Assembly (NCBI GenBank): GCA_964019335.1
Contig: OZ025648.1
Location: forward strand, 62,001-126,000
DNA from: Diplonema japonicum
Taxonomy: Eukaryota > Protista > Euglenozoa: Diplonemea
DNA: 64,000 nucleotides
Reading direction: 5' to 3'
Both the position numbers and the translations under genes were made by a program. Every line of letters begins with the position of its first letter. The first letter of the stretch is position 1. The notes below the pieces were generated by a model that was not told where the DNA came from, did no database searches, and worked only from the letters and a program-made list of their open reading frames with translations. Positions 1 through 13,388 of the stretch are shown in pieces.

Positions 1-3000
1 TCACGTCCACAGGAGGCACCTGTGCGGAAGTTCTTGAACTCTACGTTATTAATGACCGCATTCCCATAGTACGACACATGCCCCAACATGTCATATGGCA
101 GGGGGCTATCCACTTTGCGCTTCATCTTAGACTTTTTGTTTTCAGACCTCGACTGCCCCAACAACACTCCCGTTGACGCTGTTTCAAACGTGTCGCCTTC
201 GAAGGCTCTGTCCTTGCACTGCCCCCTGCCGCCGTACTCGAAGGCATGGATCGACACACACCGCACCTCGTCACAAGGCCTACCGAGTTCTGAGGTGCTC
301 CTTCCTGCGATTACACTGTCCTCCAGGTACATCACGAACCGACCGTTACTTGTCTTTACCATGTTGACAGCAATATGGTTGTCATGGAAGACGGAGTCCT
401 TGATGTGCAGGTGCGCGTTCATCATGGCGAATACCCCAAGGTAGCTGTTCTTCCAAGCACGCACGCCCCGTAGCTCAGTGCACCATGACCTCTTCAGCAG
501 GAACCACCCATGAGCGCATGAGTGCGCTTCGTTGTTCAATAGCCCAGCACTGCTTCCGCAAGTCTCTCCTGGGATGCAGTACCCCTCCCCCCATGAACCA
601 GCGACGACATTGTCCTTGGCCACGATGTGTCTGCCGCTGTGGATGGTGCAGGAGCGCTCGTCGAAGTCACCATTCCCTTCGAATTGCGTGTTGCCGACCA
701 GATTCCCATACAACTGTGAAGATGAGCTGTAAGCAAGGAACATACCCAAACGTTCGTCTTCGACCACTTCCAGTAGTCCACCTGGACTGTGCTCTGCCTC
801 GAGCGATAGATAACGCTGTCCTTAACAACTAGCCCGGAAGTGCCTTCCAGTCGCAGCGCCTGTGAATGGTGTGACAGCACAGCTAGCATACCCGTATCCC
901 GTAGACAAGGTTGTTCCACATGCTGACATGACTGAAAGTGATAATCTCCTTGTCCAATGCATTAAGGTAGACTGTGCCCCTGCCGCCGCCGTACTGCCCA
1001 CAGTGCGCAAATTCTACGTACGAGATATTGGCCTTGGCGTGGAACTGGGGATCCTTGGCAAGGTTACCAAAGACAACATGTGGTCCGTAGGCACCCTCTG
1101 CGTAGGTTGTGGAGTCGGGATTTGTAATCTTGATGTTGTGCGACAGGTAGCCCACCTCACCACGGAGCTTGAAGCCATCAGAGGTGGTGCCTACATGTCT
1201 GTAGGCTAGTGGCGCATCGATTGTGATGGTGCTGCCCGCAATAGCGGTGATAGTGGCAACCTCAGCATGGTCGGACTCGTAGTCGGTGGATGTAACCCAC
1301 ACCTTTCCACCCACCTCCCAGTTCACTGCGTCTTGCAGCACCAGCTGTGTGGAACCTGCATCTGCTGTGGCTGCGAGCTTCGTCCATATCTTGCCGATGT
1401 TTTTGCCGTGTGCGCTGAATGTGCCAAAAACAGCAAGCACGGCAGATCCGAGGAAGTGTGTCTTGCTGATGGCTAAGCTCGGTATGTTGCTCGCGCCGCG
1501 CAAGTGGATATTAACTTTGCTCGTCATAGGCTCCTCGGGGGTGCCAATGATCAGCTCGCCAGACTGTGGTACAGTTCCTTGGGCCCTTCAGTATCATACC
1601 TGCACAAAGATGTGGTTGGCGTCGATAGTAACATCGAAGCCGTCGACCACAATGAGTACGCCCTGGATGATCAACGTCTTCAGCCTGGGGGTATTTGTCT
1701 TCAGCAGGACGGTCCTCCCTTTAGGAATGAACGCCACATCGCCTTCAACTGGCACACCAGTGGGTGTACCCACCCATGCAGCGGGGTCTGTCCATTCCCT
1801 GTGAGTATTACGATGCTTATAAAGCTTTGAGCATACCATTCTTCAGACGGGACTCTCTCCTTCAACATAGCGATGCACTGGTCAGAACCCGGTAGGACTG
1901 CACAGGGAATGGGTGTCAGCTCTACAAACTGCGACCTTCCAGGGTAAGAGATGTCGTGGCTGATGCTATTGAAGAGCAAGGAGAGGGTCTTGCCGTCGGA
2001 GTTGAGGTTCGAGATGGACTGATTGGTCCACCCCTCGATGGGTTGGTCGTCCTTTTGGAACCGCATGTGCAGGACATTAGGCGGGTCGTTGGCATCAAAT
2101 AGCCTCCTGTTGAGCTTCCCGCCTTGCCGCCTTGTCACCACGTCGAACAGCTCGAAGTTGTCGGTGTAGTTGAAGTCCAGCTGTAGTTGGTTTCTGAAAG
2201 AGTTCCATGGCATCTCTGTGACCCACACCCACAGCTGCTCCCAGTCGAGGTTCTGGCTGTAATAGATTTGGAAGGGGATTTCTGCTGTCTCAGTGGTTGC
2301 AACCGGAAGAGCCCAGCCGTCGGTCCGGCCTCTGTCCTTCGATTCGTCAAAAAACTGCGAATGTATCCCATGCGCAGAGCTGATCTCGAAATCGTAATAC
2401 ATATAGTTCTCAGGCGTCGGAAGATGGATGACCACCCTATGGAAGGCGTACTTTGGTGGGCACACCATCGAGGGCACGTTCCTCCGACCTGTCCATGCAC
2501 CATAGCCAAAGGTGGTCGTGTGAGGTGTGCGGCCTACTAAACACTCAGGCATCGCAACGTGAGCCATGTAGGGAAGTATAGTAGTGCCAGGTGTGCCTGT
2601 TGCTGTGCCAGTCAAAATGGACTGCTGTCCAATAAGCTCACCAGTGAAGGTTCCGTCTTCGTCAAGGATTATATCGTTGTGCGGCCACCCGAACATCACT
2701 CTGTTCGCACAGTCGAACCATTTGGTCTCTGAGAACCTGTATGAGAACACCCCCATCTCGCTACTACAATCATTCCAACACCTGCAGCACGTGTACACAC
2801 CAGCGTGGTTTGCTGTCCTGCCGTCTGCGTCACGCAGCCCCTCTTTAAACCCTATGAACGTCAGGTTGATGCCTCTGAAGCCTTCTGACTTCGGTGTGAT
2901 CAGTCCTCTGTAACCAGTGACAGGGCGGAACAGCTTCCACTCATCAGGCCTGTTGGTCTTAGAGTGGGCTATGAAGACACTGTCCCTTATAATTACTCCC

Positions 3001-6000
3001 TGCTGGCCTGTGACGTCGCCAACTTCGAGGCCTGCGTCGTTGTTGTCAATAGCAATGACATTGTCCACAATGTACGGACCAGTATCTACCAGGCCCATAC
3101 CCTGCTCGCCGTTCTTCCACGTCCGTAGATGTGATACCTTGCTCACCGCGTACGGGTTGATTTTCTCATCAGGGTGCCCGCACTCTACTTCACGTGCGTA
3201 ATGGTCTGGGTGCACCCAGAACCCATGTCTTCCGTTGGAGTGTGCTGTGTTCCCCGTCATAGTACCAAGAGGGAGTTGCGAAGGACACTCCAGCACGTTG
3301 AAACCTCTCCTTCTCGGATGCTCCGGTGGGGAGACCCAGAACCCCATGTGGCTGCTGCCCGCTGCCGCATTGTCGATGAAGTTATTCAGCGGGTTTGCCA
3401 TCCAGAAGACCGACGTGAAAACATCATGGCTGAGCTGGCCACCCGTGGGCTTGGCTCCGATTCCGAGGTTCTTCCTGAATGTGTTGTACTTCTCCGTTCC
3501 ATCTTCAACGAAGAACATGTGTCCCATGGCGTTGTAGGCCACGTTTTCTTCAACAGTGACAAAGGAGGTGTCGTGCAGTGTGATGGCCCTGTTGAAAGAG
3601 TGGTGGATAGCGCAACCTTTAACGTACACATCGGTGTCGCGGTTGCCTTCAAGATGGAAGTGGATTGGGTACCTGCCGACTATTTTCGCTTGCCCCACCC
3701 TCCTGAACTCCACGTACTCTAAATGAGCTTTCATATCCATGTTAGGTGAGTGGAAAATCATGTGCGCGCCAAACTTCTGCTTCCATGAGTCTTTGTCCCC
3801 CTGGATCCTGATAGACCTCGACAGCACACCAACCTCGATTGACATGTCCACAGCTACCCCATGGTGCTCTTCCACTGCCCCGAAATGGTGGAACTTCAGT
3901 GGTTTTACAAACGTCACTTGGTTCCCATTCACTGCCGATATCTCTCTCACTTCGCTTTCCAGGAAGTCGTAGCTCCCCGGTGCAATGACAATTTCGTCCC
4001 CAACTGCCCAATTCACGGTGTCCCTCAGTGACAGAGTCGTGTCGCCTACATTCGCCGTAGCAGCCAAGCGAGACCAAGTTGGGCGTTTCGGTTGCCCGTA
4101 CAACTGTACGCTGCCACCTCTGATAGCGATGTTCTTCGTTCCGTACACGGGCAGCGGGATCGTGCTCCTGTTACCGTGCAACGTGATGGTGGCCCTGTGT
4201 TGGTAGGGGCTGCTCTTCTTACCAATCTGAAGCTTACCACCTCGAATTAGCATGTACTGCAGGTCAAGGCTGACGTCTTGGTTGTCATCGAAGATTAGCG
4301 CACCGTCAACAAGCATGAAGAACAGCTTAGGGGGCGACTCGTCGAGGATTATGTTCCTGCCTTTCACCAAGATCACAGTGTCACCTTCACCTGGCACTAT
4401 GCCATCACGCCACGTCAGTGGGCTCGACCACGTGTCAGCATAGAGGAAATGGTCAGTCTTTATGGCAGCGTGGCCTGCACCAGGCACTCTCACTATCACA
4501 CCCACAGCAGACTCTTTAGGTAGCTCAGGCCTTGCACCTGTGACACAGGTGACAACGTTACTCACAGTGACCCCCGACACAGCACACTGCACACCATCAA
4601 CAGTTACTTCCGGTAACGACCCATCAGCGTTGTACAGACCTGTGCCTGTGATCTGCAATGTCACACCGCCGGCCGCTGTTCCATATTCTGGAGAGAAGCT
4701 CACTACAGTGGGAGTTACAAGGGCGTACTGAACACCACTTCTGGGCGACGCTGACGCTGCCTTGGAAACAACCACAGGTTCGCTAGCAGGTCCAGGCCAC
4801 TCACTGGCCGCCTCCACAGTGACTTCTAAAGGACAGTAGTAGTTATCGACAACAGTCGAGGATAATTTCTGCCCCTTTATCAGGATCTCGGTCATGGCAA
4901 GCTTCTTTCCCCGCCGTGGCATGAATCTTATGTACCTCCCCATTTGTATGGTGTTGGGCATCGTGAGCTTCGTCCACCCTGAGTTAGGGACATACGACAC
5001 GTTGTGCAGGAGGGTCCAGCTGTTGCTGTCATAGTCGCCGATGGAGATCTGGGTGCCCTCTTGCGTATCACGCCGAGCTTTCTCCACATCACTTGGGAAG
5101 AACCAGATAGCCTGGGCATCGATAAGGTAGCCTTCGCCAATATCGAAATACAGCGAAGACGATGACGATAGCAGCCCATCGGTCTCAAAGTTCCCGTCGG
5201 TCATAGCCGCAGCCTCGTCTTTCTGCCAGTTCTTGTCAGGGAAGACGGTGGGCTTCAAGTCCAACATGGGCCATGCTTTAGGGTGGCGAATGCGCGCTTC
5301 CCTTGTTGGCAACTTTGGAAGGCTGCACGTAACTTGCTCGAAGGATGCCGTGCGAACGGAGCACTCGTAGCCGCAGACCATGATCTTGAGGTCTTGCGCA
5401 ACAGGCGAAAGGCCAGACCCATCAAGTACCAGCACTTCGCCACCAATGAGGCCGCTCGTGATACTTGTGTAGCTGTTGGACACGCTGAGACTGACAGTGA
5501 GGAGCGCGGTCTTCGAAGCAGTAGACAGACCTGTGGTGCCATAAACGATAGGCGACGTGCTCATGGCAGGCAGCTTGCCTAGGTCGCAGATTATCTCGTT
5601 TGCTTTCTGCGACGTAATTTCGCAAGCCACACCCCCGACAGTTGTAGTATTGACACTGCCCCCCACTGTAAATCTGCTTCCTTTGATGGTGATGGTGCCC
5701 CCGGTGTATGGCAAGGTGTCTGGTGTCACACTGCTGACGTAGGGCGTCTGTGCGTTACTGTATTCGTAGCCTTGCGCACGCTTTCCTTCGAAGCCATTAG
5801 TGGTGACTGTCACTGTTTGCGCACCATTACCGGCGCTTGTCATGCATACGATCTCCGTTAACGACACGCTGTGCACCTTGCATTCTGATGTGCCGAAGCT
5901 CACGGTTGTGGTACCTGTCGAGTGGAAACCTTTCCCAGCAATAGTCACCACCTGACCACCACCCTTGCTACCAATTCTGGGAGTTACGCTGTTCACAACC

Positions 6001-9000
6001 ACAGAGAAGCTGTACCACTGTGATTTCTCTGCTACTCTCGCGAAGCCAATCTCGTCAGTGACCTCTAGCCGCATAGTACCAGCTGGCCCGATTCCCATTG
6101 TGCAAGTGACTTCGGTCTCGGTTGATGTACCCTCGATCTGGCACTCAGTGCTGCCAGCACGTACCTCAATAGTGCCGTCAAGACCTGAGCCAGTGATGAC
6201 AACACTTGCATCGTGACTCGACCCTTGCACGCGGCTCACGGCTGATTGCTCTTCAAGTGACATGTTGTACATGCACGCGTCCTTGAAGATAGACGGCATA
6301 TCAGGTGTCCTGGGCGGGCACACAGCGTGGATGCCATCATTGTGCGACTCGTTCTCATTAGCATATATACGTACTGTGAGTGGGCCCCATAACTGGCGGG
6401 TGTTGCGCTCGATTTGACACTCCAGCTCGGTGTCTGTGACTGTGCGCGTTATGCACTTCAACCCGACTTCCGTTATGGGCCCTATCATAATGAACGTCAG
6501 AGGCGTGAAACCGCCACCCTGGAACCTCATGATACCGCCCCCCAGGTGCGACCCTGTAGTGGGCGAAAAGTCGGTCACAGTGAAATCAGAGCTGAGAGTG
6601 ACGCCTGCCTGACTCCAGCCGATCCCTTTGTGCTGCACACGGAGCTCGTAAGTCCCTTTCAAAGCAGGTGGTGTAATGCACTCTGCTGAAGTTGCTGTTG
6701 CTGTCTTCACTTCACACCCACTACAGTCAGCAGTTCCCTGCAAGCATAAAAGGACTTTCAACTTCTCCACAGCCGGGAATGCGGTCCCAGTGGCAACCAA
6801 TGTTGCTTTACCAGATGAAGGAAGGGCTGTGCCTCCCGACTTAAGGGTAGCACTTGTAACGTGAGGGGTCAACTCTGTGGTATATGTGTAGGTAGAGGTA
6901 GCAACCTCGCCCGAGGGAACAGTCACACGTACGACACCGATGCCTGTTCCAGCTGGAGTGACACATGTCACCGAGAAACCCGTAGTCCTCTTCACAGAAC
7001 AAGGCTGGTTCTGAATCGTGACGACGTTCTCAGTAAGCACTTCAGAGAAGCCCTGCCCGATGAGAGTGATCTCCGCACCACCGTTAACACTGCCAGTGCT
7101 CTGCGGTGTGATCGAGCTGATCATGAGGGGATACCTTACCCTAAAAGGACCGCCCGAGGGTGTTCCGTACCTCCCGAGATGCAGGCCAACCTCGTGGTCA
7201 CCGGCAGGAAGCTTAGGTACCCTGCACTCCAGTACAAACTTACTTGTCGACCTGATGCCACCTTCCCCTTCTTCACCATCTGAGAGACAGGGCACGCCCC
7301 CTATTGTGATTACAGCAAGTGTGACATCTGGCTGGAAGTTGCTTGGGCCATTAACATTGATCTGCATCCATTGACCGTAGACAAGTGATGACGACACCGA
7401 TGACACAGAGGACGCATAGCCTTGCGAGTACGTAAAGGCCAGCCCATCGGTGCTATTGTAAGTGGCAGGTAGATCGTTGGAAGTCACCGTGATCGGGGCG
7501 CCCCTCGTGAGGGCTGGGATGCGGAGCATGGAGAGGGGCAAGGGCTCGTAATACCAGTCGGTGCTCCCCGTGCTGAGGACCTGAAGACCATCACCTTCAA
7601 AGGCAACACTGCCTTGCGGTCTGAAGACGTGGATGAAGTATCTGCAGCCCGACCCAGCGTGCCGCCCCTCACTCATGACGTGGAAGTCCGAGCCAAGCTT
7701 CTTCTCAATGAGCCACCCCACGTTGTAGTTGCAGCCGCTGCGTCGAGGGATGTTGATGCTGACACCGTTGACAACGATGGTACTGCCCGTTGTGGTCACC
7801 ATAGTGGGAACCGTGTGGTAGGGAGCCACACCACCAGGGTCAGGGTGCGAGACACCTACGTGGAAGAAGTTGTCGCCGGTGTGATCAGCATGCACGACTT
7901 CGATGTAGACAGGCACGCCCGCCTGCATGCTGACAGGGGCGCTAATGGGGCCAACAGCCCCTGCTTCGCCTTGGTAGTATCGCCCTGTTCTCTTGTTCTC
8001 AGCCTTGATGCTTTGTGCTATTAATGTTAACACACCATCCACATGGGCGTACACCTCAGCGAAGTCATTCCCGCTAGCGTAAAATGTGTACTGTGTCGTG
8101 TAGGGGGGAACGAAGAACCCTGAGAGAACGGAGGCGGTGTTGCGCAATTTCACATTCTCGGCGACTCGTGTTTGGTTGCTGCCACTTAGAATGACTGGGC
8201 TCTTCTGGAAATGTGTTCCGAACTTTAGGATATCCCAGTCAGTGACGTCCTCTTGCCAAACGCCTGTCTTCTTCGGGGCCGACTTCCTGCGCTTCGTGAC
8301 CTCATCCGGTGTGATGTATGTCGACGGATCACCCAACGCGGCGTCCCCGTCACCATCGCCATCGCCATCACCGTCCCCATCACCATCACCATCACCATCA
8401 CCATCACCCGAGCTACTCATGTACCACAAATCATGACGCAGCCCTGCAGTGCCGGGTACGCAACATTCACAAGGGCACGTGCATGTGCAAGGTGTGGTTA
8501 AAGTTGCGGTGCCTGCGGCCACTTCACACTCAAGTGTCGTGACCGTGGCATCCATCACTTTGCACTCCACACCACCCACCGTCACAGTGTTCTGCGAATC
8601 GTTGGCAGAAAAACCAGACCCTACAAAGGTCAAGACTGTCCCTCCAATATGCGAACCTTCCAACGGGGTCACACTACTGATAGTCGGGTAGTGGGCCACA
8701 TGGTACACGTCACCCTTTGAGTTCATCTTGAAGATATCAGGAAGGTATTGCTGGTCGGGGATGGCGATCCCGATGCTGCCCGCCAACCTTCCATCGCTGT
8801 CACCTGTATCCTCTGACGTTGTCATGAGGTCGGGCTCCACTGCGATCGTCACGTTATACCACCCACCCTCGTTCTCCTGCGGGGAGCAGAAGAAGTGTCT
8901 CTCGCTGCCAGGCTCCTCAGCGAAGGCCTCGATGTTTCCCTCTTCGAGCGTCTCGAGTGTAGAGCAACGTATCTCATCACCGATCTCCACTCTGTACTGT

Positions 9001-9464
9001 GCGGGGAACCTCGATATTAAATTCCCTCGGAATGGCAATCTGGAACCCAGAATGCTCACGTGCCCAATGCCCCGCAGCAGTGGGGTGAGGTTCTCCTTGT
9101 ACTCGAGGCTCACAGTTCGTGTCACCCACCTTCCGTCTACATTCACATGTACCTGGTGTGCCTTGTCACTCGGCGAAAAGGTTACGCCCTTTGGGGTGGC
9201 GTCCAAGATTTCGTTGTTGACGGGCCCTGCTCGTTTGCAGACGATGCGGCGTTCTGCAGTGAACTCTGCCATCACCTCGCACTGGATGCCCCCAATAAAA
9301 GCCTTATTGGCGCCCATGAATTCGTCGCCGCTGAAGCCCTGCCCTATAATTGTGAGCTCCAGACCACCCCCTAGCCCCATCGCACTGGGTTCAAGACTCT
9401 CGACTGATAACGCAGAGCATCCTCCGAGCAGGGATGCTAGCAAAGCACACCTACCTACAAACAT
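1..9464 (-). CDS. Fibrocystin-L/PKHD1L1-like giant surface protein (signal peptide, IPT/TIG repeats, PA14, two G8 domains, beta-helix repeats); 3' end outside window
   Basis: ATG at 9464 (MFVGRCALLASLLGGCSA), 6 nt after a CAG acceptor. Exons 1837-9464, 1600-1798, 892-1563, 746-859 and <1-713 join in frame through GTATG..CAG introns 1799-1836, 1564-1599, 860-891 and 714-745. Repeated IPT motifs (P..GS..GG..LTI.G.GF), PA14-like GFFVPPYTTQYTFYASGND, G8-like WSSPLTW..PGEGDTV and W..P..GDVAFIPKG, GRYPIHFH/HHSFNRAIT. Last exon is open to base 1. Confidence 0.88.
8343..8408 (-). repeat. Coding hexamer repeat encoding (Gly-Asp)11
   Basis: 11 tandem GGNGAY hexamers inside the fibrocystin-like ORF. 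Confidence 0.9.
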
Positions 9465-9540
9465 TGCTACCTGTGATAGCTGAAGAAGATACGATAAAAA
9501 ACTTTTAAAGGATAGCATTAGTTAAGTTTAGAAAGCAAAG

Positions 9541-10398
9541 CTAATCAGAACCCGAGCAGTCAATGCAGGGCAAAGAGGGGGCGGTAGGGGAGCAGCGAAC
9601 GTGGCAGATATGGAGGCAGGTGAAGACCTGAACATCGCCGAACAAGATGCTCTCATTGCACACAGAGCACGTGTAATCCTGCTGCTGCAATGCGATCTGG
9701 TGGCGTGTTGTCTTGTCCATCTCGTGGCGCCTTTGGTGGGCATCGGCGCACACGACATACTGCGTCAAGGTTCCCAATGAGGCCTTGACAGGGAGGAGTG
9801 TGAGGTAGTATCTGTCCGCATTTCTTTCAGTGTGGTGGCTTTTAAAGTGGTGGATCATCTCGCACGGAGAGAGGTGCTTCTTAGTTTTGCACGCAGTACA
9901 ACGGGCACCGCCTGTAGTCTTTCCATGCACTCTCTCAATATGTGCGATAATGTCATTCATGTTCAGGCGCGATAGCAGCCTATTCAGCTTGTCAGCTTTA
10001 TAATGTGTGTCCTCAGACCGCCTCAGGTCGACCTCAGGGGGAGTGTCTTTGCTACTGACACGGATGAAGGGATGCTCAGAGTGGTCGAAGGCGTGGAAGC
10101 ATCTTCTGCACAACTTGTGTTGTGGGCACTCCGCACACACGTACATTTCGTCCTGAAGCTTCCTATAGCAGCCGCCATTCCTCCCCACACACCTCTCACC
10201 CGTGCGCGTTTTGATGTCCTCGTACGCATCACGCGCAACTTCCTTCGAGTCTACCACACTCCGTAAGGCCAGCCCTGAAGCAGTGCTCCGGCAAAATGGG
10301 CACTGAACATACTGCGAAGGCTTTTCAACTGTCTTGATGGTCCCTTCAGGGGAGTAGCTGCAGTCTACAATGACGCCCTCCCACTCTACTTCCGCCAT
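9541..10398 (-). CDS. Zinc-finger protein with ZZ-type finger, C2H2-like finger and C-terminal RING-like domain (putative E3 ligase)
   Basis: ATG at 10398 after acceptor TTCACAG. C..C..YVCAECPQHKLCRRCFHAFDHSEHPF (ZZ-like); CTAC..HFKSHH; CSVC..CLHICHVRC..CIDC (RING-like). Confidence 0.7.
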   Translation of the reverse strand: MAEVEWEGVIVDCSYSPEGTIKTVEKPSQYVQCPFCRSTASGLALRSVVDSKEVARDAYEDIKTRTGERCVGRNGGCYRKLQDEMYVCAECPQHKLCRRCFHAFDHSEHPFIRVSSKDTPPEVDLRRSEDTHYKADKLNRLLSRLNMNDIIAHIERVHGKTTGGARCTACKTKKHLSPCEMIHHFKSHHTERNADRYYLTLLPVKASLGTLTQYVVCADAHQRRHEMDKTTRHQIALQQQDYTCSVCNESILFGDVQVFTCLHICHVRCSPTAPSLPCIDCSGSD

Positions 10399-10451
10399 GT
10401 GTAACCTGTGAAGCAAAGTAGCGCACGGCAGGGAAAATAACTATTATTAAC

Positions 10452-12241
10452 CTACGTAGCGTACATGTAACTGTTCGATTTGCAGCTGTTCTTCAGCTCA
10501 TGAGGCGGTGCGTGCACCTGAAGGGGCAGCTGCCATACTATAGGCCGCTCACAGCTGATTCCACCGTCAGAGAGGTAGTCATCCGCTGCGTTGCGTAATA
10601 CAAAATAAAACTCAAACGAAAGGTACCACTCAACAGCGACTGTGAAAAGGTGGCGTGTGCATAGCGGCATACCTTTATCGGTGTACATGGTGGGAGGACA
10701 ATTCGGGGAAATCACAAATTCGTAGCTGCTCTCCACACAATCGATCATCGTCTCGTCAAACTCTTCCACTGTCTTGCTCTGCGCAGTTTTCGTCTTCACA
10801 AACTCAGGCCTCCTGCAGGGCATATGTCAATACACGTGGGGACATACTCGTCACTAGTTCTGGGGAACTGTCTTCTGGGCGACGGGACGAACGTACCACT
10901 TTTGAAGAGGTTCTCAGGTACTAGCTCTTCGTATTCTAGACGGACGGATACTCTCGCACACCTAGCGGCGTTGGGTTACGAGCAGCACATACCTGCAGAC
11001 ACTATTTTCCACTACCGAAAGCAGACCACTAACAGAATCACCAATACAACAGTGTACGCCCGATGTGATAAGCTTTAGGAAAGGTGTTTCATTGTGCCTG
11101 TTGAATGGTGGTGTTTCACGGTTCACAGTTAAGCATACTTCACAAAGGTTTCCTGCTGTTGAGGGAGAGAGAGGAGGTGCTCGATTGTCTGGCAGTTGTT
11201 CACGTGGTGAGGCAGGGTGTCTACGTGCTCTGGTTCCGGCACTGTGTTGCTGTTCTGCACGTCTTCGCCAAGAAGCTCGCCCATGACACTAGCAGGGGAG
11301 GGGCAGTACACGGGTGCCGACCCGTTTCTGCCGTCAGGAGAAGGCGTCACGTCAGAGAACACACACGGTGAGTCGTCCCATCGTGTTTCACCATAGTCCG
11401 CGAAACAGGGCATTGCAGCACGCCTGCTTGCATCACTCTGGTGGTTAGTTGCGATCTCCATGATAAACCACCTGAAGTCGAAGTCTTTGGGAGTGTATGG
11501 TGGGCGGATAGGCCGAAGAGACGCTGCAGGGTTCCAGATTGTGAGCGGAAGCTTCAGCACGTGTTGTTTCACCGTTCCATTGTAGGACCACACGATGCAG
11601 CACCACACGTGGTAAACGTACCTCATGGAGTACCCTGAGTACGAGGGTGGGAGTTCGGAGGGGAGCTTGACCTTCAGCGCGAAGTTCCGTGAGCTGCCTC
11701 GTTTCATCTTTGTGTCGCGAGGAAGGAGCTCCTTGGCTTCTGTTTCCAGCAGCTTTTGGCAATTCCCCTGCCGATGGGTCATGATTGGCACGGGCAGACT
11801 GCCCTCCACCCACTTCACAGGGCCGCGTGTCTCCTCTGCCTTCCCGCCAAACCAAGACCACCACGAACTGTCGCCCTCAGGGCTCTTCTCGCGATCCATC
11901 CCAAAGGGCGCCGACAGTTGGTCTTCGTACTCGTTGATGTCGTTGATCCATGTGCTGTCCGCAAAGCACATCCCGATAATCTGTGCACAAGCTACCTTCA
12001 CTGTCAGAGTGTCGCTATCCGATGGTATCGCAATGTGCGACCTGTCGAACAGCGCAGCTAGCTTGTTGTCGGAATACGTGCACGTTGGTGTCTCCTTCCG
12101 TTCCTGCCTGATCCCTTCATCGTCGGTGCACAGGATGGTCACCTCAAAATCAACCTGGCTTCCTGGAAAGTAAACAGCCTTGTGCACCTTCCCCCTGCTG
12201 AGCAAATGGAGCTTCCCTGATTCATGCTTCGATTGGCTCAT
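10452..12241 (-). CDS. RGP1: Rgp1-family protein (Ric1-Rgp1 Rab6/Ypt6 GEF subunit), ~560 aa, 4 exons
   Basis: Exons 11139-12241, 10993-11097, 10848-10961 and 10452-10812 join in frame through GTATG..AG introns of 41, 31 and 35 nt. Motifs VYFPGS, LPSELPPSYSGYSMRYVY, IGDSVSG..VSVRLEYEE, VAVEWYLSFEF. Confidence 0.75.
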
Positions 12242-12299
12242 CGCCCCCACCTGTGTGATGCTGCTGGTGCATGAAATACAAAGCACTGCTACTAGACCA

Positions 12300-13388
12300 T
12301 TAAGGTTCGGGGAAATTATCAAACCGCAGCTCCCCTGTCCAAGGTACGGTCGCAGCGAGCGAAGTAAGTGCGCAAGGGCACAACCTCGACATGGCGTTCG
12401 AATGCGCGTAGCACGTAGGCACCGTGCGCAGGTCATGTAGCAGGTTCACCACATAGCTGTTCGAAGGGGAGTCATGTCCTGGCGCCGAAGATGGAGACAC
12501 GAAAGCACCATGCAGACTGACTAAACATGGCTGGCCGCACCCTGGCCACACAGTGCGTAGCACGTTGCAGCTCTGCATCAACTCGAAAAGAAAAGCCTCC
12601 TCGATGCACACCAGCCCTGCTTTGCTGCACACCTCATCGCAGGACTCCCCCGGCAACCCACCCTTCACGTACAGGTCAGGACTGCTCACGTTTCTATCTT
12701 CGTTGTGAAGCGTTTTGTTAGCTTCCTTCCACATCACACACGCGTACCCGCAGGGTGTCGGCTCCTGCCAAGGCTTGACCTTGGGGAGCCGGAGCGTGAC
12801 GGGAGGCCTGCTAGGGTGCTCGTAATCCTTCAGAAGAACGCTGAAAAGGTCGTCGGTGAGGAGTGCAACCTGCTTGCTGTGTGTCTTGAAATGCATAACG
12901 ATGCTACTTAGTGACAGTTCAGTGCGGGCGAGGGTTGTGCTGGGGTCTGCCACGATGAGTGTGTCATGTCTGTGCTTCGGGGAGGATAGGGCGGCTGGAG
13001 GGAGTACGCTGCAAAAGTCGGTCTGTCCCGACACGACCACAGAAAGAGGGTCTAAGATGATCAGGTGGGTGAAGGAAGCCAGGGCGACGGAGGCCTGCGA
13101 AGGTGTGAGCACTTCCCAGTGGGCGGAGTCAAGTCTGTGTCGCGTGATGGCGAACCTTGCTGAGGACCTTGGGAGGGCTGCTCCTAGGACCTCGTATGCA
13201 TTCCTGATGTCGTTGCCCTGGTTGGGCTCGGGGAAATGCGCAAATACCAGCTTACATTGCACAGCCGCCTGCCTGATAGCCATAGTTCCAGGACGGGCAG
13301 CAGGCGCTCCTCGTAGTCCACTGCCCCACACAACTGCTAGCCATATCAGTATGATGATCACAACAATCCGTAACACGCTTAACTGCAT
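12300..13388 (-). CDS. Type II membrane protein with C-terminal Cys-rich module resembling the MGAT5/GnT-V C-terminus; possibly glycosyltransferase-related
   Basis: N-terminal hydrophobic anchor (LRIVVIIILIWLAVVW); GESCDEVCSKAGLVC..F..C..TC..RLCPC pattern at about 12372-12651. Confidence 0.6.
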   Translation of the reverse strand: MQLSVLRIVVIIILIWLAVVWGSGLRGAPAARPGTMAIRQAAVQCKLVFAHFPEPNQGNDIRNAYEVLGAALPRSSARFAITRHRLDSAHWEVLTPSQASVALASFTHLIILDPLSVVVSGQTDFCSVLPPAALSSPKHRHDTLIVADPSTTLARTELSLSSIVMHFKTHSKQVALLTDDLFSVLLKDYEHPSRPPVTLRLPKVKPWQEPTPCGYACVMWKEANKTLHNEDRNVSSPDLYVKGGLPGESCDEVCSKAGLVCIEEAFLFELMQSCNVLRTVWPGCGQPCLVSLHGAFVSPSSAPGHDSPSNSYVVNLLHDLRTVPTCYAHSNAMSRLCPCALTSLAATVPWTGELRFDNFPEP

